Shown: piece by piece, positions 10,614-19,596 of the stretch
Layout: each line of letters starts with the position of its first letter
How positions within the stretch are numbered: the first letter of the stretch is position 1
Origin: Formosa sp. Hel1_33_131
Lineage (GTDB): Bacteria > Bacteroidota > Bacteroidia > Flavobacteriales > Flavobacteriaceae
Length of the DNA stretch: 32,000 nt
Reading direction: 5' to 3'
Assembly (NCBI RefSeq): GCF_001735745.1
Contig: NZ_CP017260.1
Span: forward strand, 210,001 to 242,000
The notes under the pieces: model-generated
What the model saw: only the letters and a program-made list of their open reading frames with translations
The model's database searches: none
Told to the model about the DNA's origin: nothing
Program-made: the position numbers and the translations under genes

Positions 10614-11791
10614 TGAACTTTAAAAAATTAATTACGCTTTTACTTATATTTATAAGCTTCTCTGTAAATGCACAGCTTGAGTTGACGACAGAGTCCAAAA
10701 TCAGTATTCTGACCATTGGACCAGGCACTTCTTTAAACGATGCTTTTGGACACAATGCGATTCGGATCAAAGATCCTGTTTACAAATTTGACATTGTGTT
10801 TGACTACGGTCGGTATGACTTTGAAACAGAAAATTTTTATCTGAAATTTGCGCAAGGAAAACTTGACTATCAAATGAGTCAATACAAATTTGAAACCTTT
10901 TTTGGGTACTATCAATATCAAAACCGAAGTGTTAAAGAGCAAGTTTTAAACCTAAGTTCAGACCAAAAAACTGCGTTTTATAAGTTGTTAAAAGAAAATA
11001 TCAAACCAGAAAATAAAACTTACCCCTATGATTTTTTCTATAACAATTGTGCTACAAAAATAAAAGATGGCATTGAAACTACACTCGACTACCAAGTCGT
11101 GTATAACCCTGCTCCTTCCTTTAAACAGTTTTCATTTAGAAATTTAATTCGTTCCGATTTGAATCAAAATTCATGGGGAAGCCTTGGAATTGATATTGCC
11201 TTGGGTTCAAAAATAGACCAGATTGCCAGCGTTGAAGAACACATGTTTTTGCCTAAATATTTACACCAACTGCTTGAAAATTCACGTTTAAAAACAGACG
11301 ATTCAAAACTAGTGACTGCCTCAAAAACACTGAGCCCTTCTGATGCTATTACAAAAAGTGACTTTTTTAGCAGTCCGCTTTTCATCTTGGGAATTCTAGC
11401 CCTTATCATGCTCTTCATCACTTATAACGATTACAAAAACAACACGCGCAGCAAATGGCTTGACGTGAGTTTATTTGCCATTACGGGCTGCATTGGTGTG
11501 TTTTTATTGCTGCTTTGGTTTGCAACCGACCATCAAACAACCGCTTATAACTACAACCTTTTATGGGCCTGCGCTCTGAATCTTTTATTCCTTCCGTCCA
11601 TCCGTAAATCGAGGTTAAACAATCGTGGGCTGAGCTATCTGAAATTCCTTGTAGTACTTCTATCTCTGATGGGGCTGCATTGGATCACAGGCGTACAATC
11701 CTTTGCGATTGGATTGATTCCACTTCTGATTGCTATTTCTGTGCGATATTTATTTTTAATTCATCATTTCAAGGCTGCAATTCGTATATAA
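10613..11791 (+). CDS. DUF4105 / Lnb-like protein (periplasmic N-domain plus C-terminal polytopic membrane domain)
   Basis: 392 aa. Signal peptide, then ISILTIGPGTSLNDAFGHNAIRIKD...YGRYDF (DUF4105 signature as I recall it). About 5 TM helices in residues ~255-392. The ATG shares one nt with the upstream stop (TAATG). Confidence 0.7.
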   Translation: MNFKKLITLLLIFISFSVNAQLELTTESKISILTIGPGTSLNDAFGHNAIRIKDPVYKFDIVFDYGRYDFETENFYLKFAQGKLDYQMSQYKFETFFGYYQYQNRSVKEQVLNLSSDQKTAFYKLLKENIKPENKTYPYDFFYNNCATKIKDGIETTLDYQVVYNPAPSFKQFSFRNLIRSDLNQNSWGSLGIDIALGSKIDQIASVEEHMFLPKYLHQLLENSRLKTDDSKLVTASKTLSPSDAITKSDFFSSPLFILGILALIMLFITYNDYKNNTRSKWLDVSLFAITGCIGVFLLLLWFATDHQTTAYNYNLLWACALNLLFLPSIRKSRLNNRGLSYLKFLVVLLSLMGLHWITGVQSFAIGLIPLLIAISVRYLFLIHHFKAAIRI

Positions 11792-11818
11792 TTATCCTTT
11801 CTTTGCAAAAACAAAATT

Positions 11819-13678
11819 TTGAATTATCTCAACGTAGAAAATATATCGAAATCGTACGGCGAACTTAATCTGTTCGAAGACCTTTCTTTTAGTATTCATA
11901 AAGATCAAAAAATAGCATTTGTTGCCAAAAATGGTACCGGAAAAACGTCTATTTTAAATATTCTTTCAGGAAAAGATTCCCCCGATACGGGGCAAATCAT
12001 TTATCGAAAAGGACTGCGAACCACCTTTTTATCGCAAGAACCTGTTTTAGATCAAACCCTGACGATTGAGGAAACAATTTTTAATTCGGACAATCCGATT
12101 TTAAAAGTCATCAACACCTACCATGCAGCACTTGAAAATCCAGAGGACAGCAATCTCTATCAAACAGCTTTTGATGATATGGAGCGCTACCAAGCTTGGG
12201 ATTTTGAAACCCAATACACACAAATCCTTTTCAAGTTAAAACTTGAAAATTTAAACCAAAAAGTGAGTGAACTTTCTGGAGGACAGCAAAAACGTTTGGC
12301 ATTGGCCAATACCCTTTTAAGCAAACCCGATTTACTTATTTTAGATGAGCCGACAAACCATTTGGATTTAGAAATGATTGAGTGGTTGGAATCGTTTTTT
12401 GCGAAGGAAAACATCACCCTATTTATGGTTACGCATGACCGGTACTTTTTAGAGCGCGTTTGTTCCGAAATTATCGAATTAGACGAAGGCTGTATTTACA
12501 ATTATAAAGGAAATTACTCTTACTACCTCGAGAAAAAAGAAGAGCGTATTGAGCGTGAAGCGATTGAAACTAATAAATCCAAACAACTCTTTAAAAAAGA
12601 ACTCGGGTGGATGCGTCGTCAGCCAAAAGCACGTACGACCAAATCTAAATCCAGAATCGATGATTTTTATGAAATAAAAGAACGTGCCAACAAACGTCGA
12701 AACGATCATGAAGTTCAGTTGGAAATCAACATGGAACGCTTGGGAAGTAAGATTTTAGAGATTTACAAAGTCTCTAAAGCGTTTGAGGAAAAAGTCATTT
12801 TAGACAAATTTGAATACGTATTTCAACGTGGAGAACGGATTGGAATTATTGGTAAAAATGGGACAGGAAAATCGACGTTTTTGAACATGATTACTGGGGG
12901 GTTAAAGCCCGATAGTGGTAAAATCATTCAAGGAGAAACCATCAAGTTTGGCTATTATACACAAGATGGAATCAAAGCGAAACCAATGCAAAAGGTCATT
13001 GATGTGGTTCGTGAATTTGGGGAATACATCCCTCTGATGAAAGGCAAGCAAATTAGTGCCCAACAATTGCTTGAACGCTTTTTATTCAGTCGAAAAAAAC
13101 AATATGATTTTGTAGAAAAACTGAGTGGCGGCGAACGAAAACGTCTGTATTTATGTACGGTATTGATTCAAAATCCTAACTTTCTAATTCTCGATGAGCC
13201 GACCAATGATTTAGACATTGTTACGCTGAATGTTTTGGAAAACTTCTTACTCGATTTTCCGGGCTGTCTGTTAGTGGTTTCGCATGACCGTTATTTTATG
13301 GATAAAATTGTCGATCATTTATTTGTGTTTCGTGGCGAAGGTATGGTGGAAGATTTCCCTGGAAATTATTCCGATTTCAGAACTTATGAAGACAGTACGC
13401 CTGTGGCGGCAGAGCCCAAAAAAATAACAGCTTCAAAGGTTTCTACAGAGGGTCAATCCGAAGCTAAATTAAGTTTTAACGAACAAAAAGAACTCAAAAA
13501 TCTAGAGAGCAAATTGAAATCACTTGAGTTTGACAAAAAAGAATTGGAAGCTAAATTCCTCGTTCCAGAGATTGATATGGACACTATCGGAGCGCTTTCT
13601 GACGAATTGAAAATCTTAAATGATGTAATAGAAGAAAAAGAACTAAGGTGGTTAGAGTTAAATGAAAAACTAAATTGA
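11819..13678 (+). CDS. ABC-F family ATPase (Uup/YbiT-like; two ABC domains plus a C-terminal coiled coil)
   Basis: 619 aa. Two Walker A motifs (AKNGTGKTS, GKNGTGKST), two signatures (LSGGQQKRL, LSGGERKRL), no TM domain. The TTG start gives the family-typical N-terminus MNYLNVENISKSYG. Confidence 0.9.
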   Translation: MNYLNVENISKSYGELNLFEDLSFSIHKDQKIAFVAKNGTGKTSILNILSGKDSPDTGQIIYRKGLRTTFLSQEPVLDQTLTIEETIFNSDNPILKVINTYHAALENPEDSNLYQTAFDDMERYQAWDFETQYTQILFKLKLENLNQKVSELSGGQQKRLALANTLLSKPDLLILDEPTNHLDLEMIEWLESFFAKENITLFMVTHDRYFLERVCSEIIELDEGCIYNYKGNYSYYLEKKEERIEREAIETNKSKQLFKKELGWMRRQPKARTTKSKSRIDDFYEIKERANKRRNDHEVQLEINMERLGSKILEIYKVSKAFEEKVILDKFEYVFQRGERIGIIGKNGTGKSTFLNMITGGLKPDSGKIIQGETIKFGYYTQDGIKAKPMQKVIDVVREFGEYIPLMKGKQISAQQLLERFLFSRKKQYDFVEKLSGGERKRLYLCTVLIQNPNFLILDEPTNDLDIVTLNVLENFLLDFPGCLLVVSHDRYFMDKIVDHLFVFRGEGMVEDFPGNYSDFRTYEDSTPVAAEPKKITASKVSTEGQSEAKLSFNEQKELKNLESKLKSLEFDKKELEAKFLVPEIDMDTIGALSDELKILNDVIEEKELRWLELNEKLN

Positions 13679-14235
13679 ACCGACTGTTATCATATATTAA
13701 ATTTTTGTGGTACTCCAAAAATCAACATGGCGTCCACTCCCCTTTTGTGTTTGGTTTGCTTACCAACTGTTTTTATGACCACACAAACTACAATATTTAT
13801 CAACAGCTTTCTTCAAAGGATTCAAAGTCAAAGTTCTTAATACGCTTAGGCGCTTATTTTAAGTTTGAGAACTGTTTTGTCCCTGACACCATTGATCCAA
13901 AATTTAAACATGCCTTAAATCTGGTACAAAACATATCTACATTCAAAACGATTGACGATTTAATCAATAAAAAGCAAGAAGTTTTAAAAACTCCTTGTTT
14001 GATTTATCTCGATTTAAAAACCATTGAATTGCACTCGATATCTGTCTTGTTTCAAATTTACGACAGAGATTCCTTGATCCTTATCCCTTCCATACGGGGA
14101 ACTAAAACCAGATTTGAACACTGGAATCAGTTAAAATCTCAGTCGGAAGTGTCTGTGTCTATTGACGCCTTTTATTGGGGACTGTTGTTTTTTAGAACCG
14201 AACAACCCAAAGAACATTTCACAATAAGGCTCTAA
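13675..14235 (+). CDS. Conserved hypothetical protein; resembles flavobacterial methyltransferase-like proteins but has no visible glycine-rich SAM motif
   Basis: 186 aa, TTG start overlapping the ABC-F stop by 4 nt. The N-terminal SKNQHGVHSPFVF and C-terminal FYWGLLFFRTEQPKEHFTIR resemble a family I recall being annotated as class I SAM-dependent methyltransferase. I see no E/D-x-G-x-G-x-G motif. Confidence 0.5.
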   Translation: MNRLLSYIKFLWYSKNQHGVHSPFVFGLLTNCFYDHTNYNIYQQLSSKDSKSKFLIRLGAYFKFENCFVPDTIDPKFKHALNLVQNISTFKTIDDLINKKQEVLKTPCLIYLDLKTIELHSISVLFQIYDRDSLILIPSIRGTKTRFEHWNQLKSQSEVSVSIDAFYWGLLFFRTEQPKEHFTIRL

Positions 14236-14285
14236 TTACTTGGTGATTGAAATATTACTTTTAACTTTATAGCTCAAAATAACGT

Positions 14286-14861
14286 ATGAAAATCTACACA
14301 AAAACAGGAGATAAAGGAACCACGGGACTTGTTGGAGGCACCCGAATACCAAAGCATGATTTGAGAATAGATTGCTACGGCACCGTCGATGAGTTGAACT
14401 CCTACCTTGGTTTGATCCGCGATCAGGCGATTTCAAAGGACAGCAAAACAACACTCATTAAAATACAAAACCAATTGTTTATCATTGGTTCTCTTTTGGC
14501 AACCGATCCAGAGAAACTGAAGGATGAATCTAAAAGAAAACGTCTCGGAATCACTTTTCTAGAAGCGGATGCCATTGCATTTTTAGAAACCGAAATTGAT
14601 GCGATGAATTTGGCATTGCCTCCAATGACCCATTTTATTTTGCCCGGAGGTCATCAAACCGTGTCATTCTGTCATATTGCACGCTGTATTTGTCGCCGTG
14701 CCGAGAGAAATGTCTCTAAACTCAACGCAGATCAGCCCACCCAACCCGAAGTACTTATTTATTTGAATCGCTTGTCGGACTTCATTTTTGTGTTGGCACG
14801 AAAATTGTCTAAAGAGTTAGAAGCGGAGGAAATCAAGTGGATTCCTAATAAACCCTCCTAA
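14286..14861 (+). CDS. PduO-type ATP:cob(I)alamin adenosyltransferase
   Basis: 191 aa. N-terminus MKIYTKTGDKGTTGL is the hallmark of PduO-type (MMAB) adenosyltransferases. Confidence 0.9.
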   Translation: MKIYTKTGDKGTTGLVGGTRIPKHDLRIDCYGTVDELNSYLGLIRDQAISKDSKTTLIKIQNQLFIIGSLLATDPEKLKDESKRKRLGITFLEADAIAFLETEIDAMNLALPPMTHFILPGGHQTVSFCHIARCICRRAERNVSKLNADQPTQPEVLIYLNRLSDFIFVLARKLSKELEAEEIKWIPNKPS

Positions 14862-14964
14862 ATTAGGAAGCCAATTATTACAAATCACTGTCTAACAATT
14901 TTTTAGTTTATCAGATGGTAATTAAACGTTCATAACTTTATTGAAGAAATAAATGCTTTTTTAC

Positions 14965-14994
14965 TTGATTTTTTCATGTAAAAAATTATTTTTG
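14965..14994 (+). promoter_or_regulatory. Candidate Bacteroidota promoter (-33 TTG, -7 TATTTTTG) for the DUF2795 gene
   Basis: TTG at 14965-14967, and TATTTTTG (TAnnTTTG) at 14987-14994, spaced 19 nt apart. The ATG is at 15017. Confidence 0.45.
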
Positions 14995-15016
14995 CAAAAA
15001 TTAAATATTTCAACAC

Positions 15017-15238
15017 ATGTATTGGACACTTGAACTTGCCTCTTACCTAAGTGACGCGCCTTGGCCCGCCACTAAAGATGAATTGATAGATTATTCTATA
15101 AGAACAGGAGCTCCACTAGAAGTTGTGGAAAACCTACAATCTATTGAAGATGAAGGGGATTCATACGACTCCATTCAAGAAATCTGGCCTGATTATCCAT
15201 CAGATGAAGATTATCTTTGGAATGAAGATGAATATTAA
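15017..15238 (+). CDS. DUF2795 domain-containing protein
   Basis: 73 aa. YLSDAPWPATKDELIDYSIRTGAPLEVVENLQSIED matches the DUF2795 pattern. Acidic tail. Confidence 0.75.
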   Translation: MYWTLELASYLSDAPWPATKDELIDYSIRTGAPLEVVENLQSIEDEGDSYDSIQEIWPDYPSDEDYLWNEDEY

Positions 15239-15261
15239 AAAACTCAAAAATTATTTAAAAA

Positions 15262-15285
15262 AGTCTCAAATGAGGCTTTTTTTTT
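15262..15285 (+). terminator. Putative rho-independent terminator after the DUF2795 gene
   Basis: agtctcaaatgaggct forms a short stem with one G-U pair, followed by a run of nine T. Confidence 0.5.
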
Positions 15286-15367
15286 GCTTTATTTCACAAA
15301 GAAAATAACAACAAACTGTATCTTTGACTGTCTTTACAATTAAAGATTATTAAAATAAAACCCAAAA

Positions 15368-18300
15368 ATGAGTTTACTGAATTCGGTACTAAAAGTATTC
15401 GTTGGAGATAAATCCAAACAAGACGTGAAGGCAATCATGCCAATCGTCCACAAAATAAAAACATTTGAAGCAGCCACTGCTGCCTTGAGTAACGATGCTC
15501 TAAGAGCGAAGACTCAAGAATTCAAATCGACGATCTCCGAGGCTTGCAAAGCACTTGAAGATAGCATCGCTACATTGTACGTTGAAGCAGACACCACGGA
15601 GGATATCGACCGAAAAGAAGAAATCTATCTGGAAATTGATGGTCTGAAAGATGAAGTATATGCACAAACGCAAGAAGTTTTAGATGCCATTCTTCCTGAA
15701 GCCTATTCTGTCATCAAAGAAACTGCCAAACGTTTTGTGAACAATCCACAAATTGAGGTGACTGCCAGTCCTTTTGACCGAGAACTTTCAGGGACTAAAG
15801 ACTATGTCACTTTAAATGGCGAAAAAGCCTTTTGGGCCAATTCTTGGGATGCCGCTGGAAAACCGATCACTTGGGATATGGTGCACTACGACGTGCAGCT
15901 TATAGGCGGTGTCGCGATGCATCAAGGGAAAATTGCTGAGATGCACACAGGAGAAGGTAAAACACTCGTAGCAACGCTGCCAGTATATTTAAACGCGATC
16001 ACAGGCAAAGGAGTTCACTTGGTAACGGTGAATGATTACTTAGCAAAAAGAGACAGTGCGTGGATGGCACCCATTTTTCAATTCCATGGGTTGAGTATTG
16101 ATTGTATCGATTACCACCAACCGAATTCTCAAGAACGTAAAAACGCTTACAATGCCGATATTACTTACGGTACGAATAACGAATTTGGATTTGATTACCT
16201 AAGAGATAATATGGCGCATACGCCCGATGATCTTGTGCAACGTCCACCCCATTATGCGATTGTCGATGAAATTGATTCTGTTTTAATTGATGATGCCCGA
16301 ACACCCTTGATTATTTCAGGGCCCATTCCTCAAGGCGATCGTCATGAATTTGTAGAGTTAAAACCAAAAGTAGAAGACATTGTTAGCGTTCAACGAAAAT
16401 ACCTTACAGGGGTGTTAGTGGATGCTAAAAAAATGATTGCTGCTGGAGAGACCAAAGAAGGTGGATTCCAGTTGTTACGTGTTTTTAGAGGAATTCCAAA
16501 AAACAAAGCATTAATTAAATTTTTAAGTGAAGAAGGAATCAGACAACTCCTTCAAAAAACGGAGAATTTCTATATGCAAGACAACAATAGAGAAATGCCC
16601 AAAGTGGATGAAGAACTCTATTATGTGATTGATGAGAAAAACAATCAGATTGAATTGTCTGATAAAGGCGTCGAATACCTTTCTGGAAAAGACAACCCTG
16701 ACTTTTTTGTGATGCCTGAAATTGGCATGGAAATTTCAAAAATTGAAACTCAAAATCTTCCGACTGAAAAAGAAGCCGAACTCAAAGAAGAATTGTTTAG
16801 AGAGTTTGGAATCAAATCGGAACGCATTCATACGCTCAATCAACTTTTAAAAGCCTATGCCCTCTTTGAAAAAGACATTCAATATGTGGTGATGGAAAAT
16901 AAAGTCATGATTGTGGATGAGCAAACCGGTCGTATTATGGACGGGCGTCGTTACAGTGATGGATTGCACCAAGCGATTGAAGCTAAGGAAAATGTAAAAA
17001 TTGAAGCGGCAACACAAACCTTTGCGACAGTAACCTTACAGAATTACTTTAGAATGTACCGCAAGCTGTCTGGAATGACAGGTACAGCGGTGACAGAAGC
17101 AGGTGAATTTTGGGAGATTTATAAATTGGATGTGATCGAAATTCCGACCAACCGTCCGATTGCAAGAGACGATCGCGAAGATTTAGTGTATAAAACCAAA
17201 CGTGAAAAATACAATGCCGTTATTGATGAAGTGACGACCTTATCAAAAGCAGGACGTCCGGTATTGATTGGAACAACGAATGTAGAAATTAGTGAGTTGT
17301 TAGGAAAAATGTTGAGCATACGCAAAATTCCTCACAACGTCTTAAATGCAAAATTGCATAAAAAAGAAGCGGATATTGTGGCAGAAGCGGGACAGCCCGG
17401 ACAAGTGACCATTGCCACCAACATGGCAGGTCGTGGAACGGATATCAAATTGTCTGAAGAAGTGAAGGCCGCAGGCGGATTGGCGATTGTAGGTACGGAG
17501 CGTCACGATTCGCGACGTGTGGACAGACAGTTACGTGGACGTGCAGGACGTCAAGGAGATCCTGGAAGCTCACAATTTTATGTGTCTTTAGAAGACAATC
17601 TAATGCGTCTTTTTGGAAGCGAACGCATTGCCAAAATGATGGACCGTATGGGTCTTGAAGAAGGCGAAGTGATTCAGCATTCCATGATTTCTAAGTCTAT
17701 TGAGCGTGCTCAGAAAAAAGTAGAGGAAAATCAATTTGGAGTGCGTAAGCGTCTATTGGAATATGATGATGTGATGAACTCTCAGCGTGAAGTGGTGTAC
17801 AAACGTCGCTACAACGCCTTGTTTGGAGAACGTCTTCGGGTCGATTTGGCGAATATGATTTATGACACGTCTGAAATTATTACAGAGGAGAATAAAGCCA
17901 ACAACGATTATAAAAACTTTGAGTTTGAACTGATTCGTTATTTCTCAATGAGTTCGCCTGTGACGGCGGATGAGTTCTCAAGCATGACAGCTCTAGACAT
18001 TGCAGGAACGGTATATAAAAATGCCTTTCAACATTACATTTCCAAAATGGAGCGCAATGCAGAGTTGGCATTCCCAGTGATTCAAAATGTATATGAGACA
18101 CAGCGCGATAAATTCAAGCGTATTGTGGTGCCTTTTACCGATGGTGTAAAATCCTTACAGGTGATCACCGATCTTGAAAAAGCCTATCAAACCAACGGAA
18201 AACAGTTGGTAACGGATTTTGAGAAAAACATTTCGTTAGCGATTATTGACGATGCTTGGAAAACTCATTTACGAAAAATGGACGAGTTGAAACAATCGGT

Positions 18301-18721
18301 ACAATTGGCGGTACACGAACAAAAAGATCCTTTATTGATTTATAAATTTGAGTCGTTTGAACTGTTTAAGTCCATGATTGACCAAGTGAATAAAGAGGTG
18401 ATTTCCTTCTTATTTAAAGGAGAAATTCCACAAGAAACGGCTAATGTGATTCAAGAAGCAAAAACACGCCGACGTGAGAAAACACAAACCTCTAAAGAGA
18501 ACATCCAAAACTTAGACGAGCGTTCTGCGGAATCAAGAGCGGCTGGGAATACGCAACGTCAACCACAAGTGGTGGAAACGATTACGAGGGACCAACCCAA
18601 AATTGGACGTAACGATCGTGTGACCATTAAGCACGTGATGAGTGGCGAGAAAAAAACTACGAAATACAAGCAAGCAGAACCACTGATTGCCAAAGGAGAA
18701 TGGGTGCTGATCGATGAGTAA
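15368..18721 (+). CDS. secA: Preprotein translocase ATPase SecA
   Basis: 1117 aa. MHTGEGKTLVATLP, DEIDSVLIDDARTPLIISG, TNMAGRGTDIKL, RQLRGRAGRQGDPG. Confidence 0.97.
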   Translation: MSLLNSVLKVFVGDKSKQDVKAIMPIVHKIKTFEAATAALSNDALRAKTQEFKSTISEACKALEDSIATLYVEADTTEDIDRKEEIYLEIDGLKDEVYAQTQEVLDAILPEAYSVIKETAKRFVNNPQIEVTASPFDRELSGTKDYVTLNGEKAFWANSWDAAGKPITWDMVHYDVQLIGGVAMHQGKIAEMHTGEGKTLVATLPVYLNAITGKGVHLVTVNDYLAKRDSAWMAPIFQFHGLSIDCIDYHQPNSQERKNAYNADITYGTNNEFGFDYLRDNMAHTPDDLVQRPPHYAIVDEIDSVLIDDARTPLIISGPIPQGDRHEFVELKPKVEDIVSVQRKYLTGVLVDAKKMIAAGETKEGGFQLLRVFRGIPKNKALIKFLSEEGIRQLLQKTENFYMQDNNREMPKVDEELYYVIDEKNNQIELSDKGVEYLSGKDNPDFFVMPEIGMEISKIETQNLPTEKEAELKEELFREFGIKSERIHTLNQLLKAYALFEKDIQYVVMENKVMIVDEQTGRIMDGRRYSDGLHQAIEAKENVKIEAATQTFATVTLQNYFRMYRKLSGMTGTAVTEAGEFWEIYKLDVIEIPTNRPIARDDREDLVYKTKREKYNAVIDEVTTLSKAGRPVLIGTTNVEISELLGKMLSIRKIPHNVLNAKLHKKEADIVAEAGQPGQVTIATNMAGRGTDIKLSEEVKAAGGLAIVGTERHDSRRVDRQLRGRAGRQGDPGSSQFYVSLEDNLMRLFGSERIAKMMDRMGLEEGEVIQHSMISKSIERAQKKVEENQFGVRKRLLEYDDVMNSQREVVYKRRYNALFGERLRVDLANMIYDTSEIITEENKANNDYKNFEFELIRYFSMSSPVTADEFSSMTALDIAGTVYKNAFQHYISKMERNAELAFPVIQNVYETQRDKFKRIVVPFTDGVKSLQVITDLEKAYQTNGKQLVTDFEKNISLAIIDDAWKTHLRKMDELKQSVQLAVHEQKDPLLIYKFESFELFKSMIDQVNKEVISFLFKGEIPQETANVIQEAKTRRREKTQTSKENIQNLDERSAESRAAGNTQRQPQVVETITRDQPKIGRNDRVTIKHVMSGEKKTTKYKQAEPLIAKGEWVLIDE

Positions 18722-18743
18722 GCAGCCTTAACTTACAGAACTG

Positions 18744-18853
18744 AATTGTTAAAATCACGTGTATCTTTGGATGTACGTGATTTTTTTTATAACATTACAA
18801 CAGATTTTAATCCCCAGATCTGAATCTTCATAAGCAGCTTAACCGAATGTAAG
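18744..18853 (+). repeat. Copy A of a ~110-nt imperfect direct repeat (includes the secA terminator)
   Basis: Hand alignment to 22784-22891 gives 83 identical positions over 110 columns, with two 1-nt gaps. Identical blocks include aaaatcacgt, ttttttttat and aatcttcataagc. Confidence 0.8.
18751..18790 (+). terminator. secA rho-independent terminator
   Basis: aaaatcacgt ... acgtgatttt forms a 10-bp stem with further G-U pairing in the loop, followed by T8. It begins 30 nt after the secA stop. Confidence 0.8.
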
Positions 18854-19110
18854 CGATTTTTTTATTTGAATTTTAGATGCGGGGGCAAGCAAGATGTTTG
18901 CGCTAAAATCAGTTACGTATAATAACAACTAAAACATTGTGTTATCCCGGGATATATATCCGTTAATACACCCTTTTGTTGACATATAACGAGTTATGTG
19001 CAAGCTGAAAAAAATACGTGCTTAACATTAAATTTTATGCATATATTTAAATTGGGCAAATTTGAAAGTATAATAATTCGATATTTTCTTGATAAAATTA
19101 GAATCTAAAT

Positions 19111-19563
19111 ATGAAATTAAAAAAAGTAAATGTAAACGTAACGGGCACTTTTAATGTGACCTTAAGTAATGAAAATGGAGAAATAACTCTTAATTCAGTT
19201 GGAGAAATCTCAAGTATAGAACTTGATGGCAACACATCATATAATATTTCTGGAAAAGTTAGTTCTGTTGGAAATATCGTGATTAATTATAATTTATCAG
19301 GAAAAGTTAGCTCTATCGGAAACCTTGTAATTAATTATAATTTGTCAGGAAAAATAAGTTCTATTGGAAATATTCCGGTTAATTACAACTTATCAGGAAA
19401 AGTTAGTTCGATTGGCAATGTAACTATTGGATATAATTTATCAGGAAAGGTTAGTTCAATTGGAAATAATATAATCGGTTATAATTTGTCAGGAAAAGTT
19501 AGTTCTGGAAACAGAACAGTTAAAATAAATGATATAAGCTTTTCTTTAAAAGGTGGCTATTAA
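19111..19563 (+). CDS. Hypothetical tandem-repeat protein (16-residue repeats, predicted beta-rich/solenoid-like)
   Basis: 150 aa, with no signal peptide or TM helix. Residues 44-134 are five full copies plus one partial copy of YNLSGKVSSIGNxxIN. I recognise no family. Confidence 0.7.
   Translation: MKLKKVNVNVTGTFNVTLSNENGEITLNSVGEISSIELDGNTSYNISGKVSSVGNIVINYNLSGKVSSIGNLVINYNLSGKISSIGNIPVNYNLSGKVSSIGNVTIGYNLSGKVSSIGNNIIGYNLSGKVSSGNRTVKINDISFSLKGGY
19240..19512 (+). repeat. In-frame 48-nt tandem repeat, 5 full copies plus 1 partial
   Basis: Units start at 19240, 19288, 19336, 19384, 19432 and 19480. Many differences between copies are synonymous third-position changes (agt/agc, tct/tcg/tca, atc/att, gga/ggc). 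Confidence 0.9.
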
Positions 19564-19596
19564 TTAACCAATAATTTATAACGAGCGTAAAAGACT

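Noticed and set aside
10733-12709. Track ORFs 10733..10942(-), 11164..11421(-), 11680..11868(+), 12187..12417(-) and 12479..12709(-)
   Set aside because: They are antisense to or out of frame with the DUF4105 and ABC-F genes, both of which have clear family motifs.
14236-14454. Minus-strand 72-aa ORF overlapping the PduO-type adenosyltransferase start
   Set aside because: It is antisense to a gene with an unmistakable N-terminal signature (MKIYTKTGDKGTTGL).
15123-15308. Plus-strand 61-aa ORF overlapping the DUF2795 gene in another frame and running through its terminator
   Set aside because: It is out of frame with a recognisable family member and crosses a terminator hairpin.
16539-18101. 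Three minus-strand ORFs inside secA (16539..16739, 17119..17325, 17880..18101)
   Set aside because: They are antisense to secA.
19240-19512. Regular 48-nt periodicity that could be mistaken for a CRISPR array
   Set aside because: The units are contiguous with no spacers, in frame within an ORF, and conserved at the amino-acid level. No cas genes are present.
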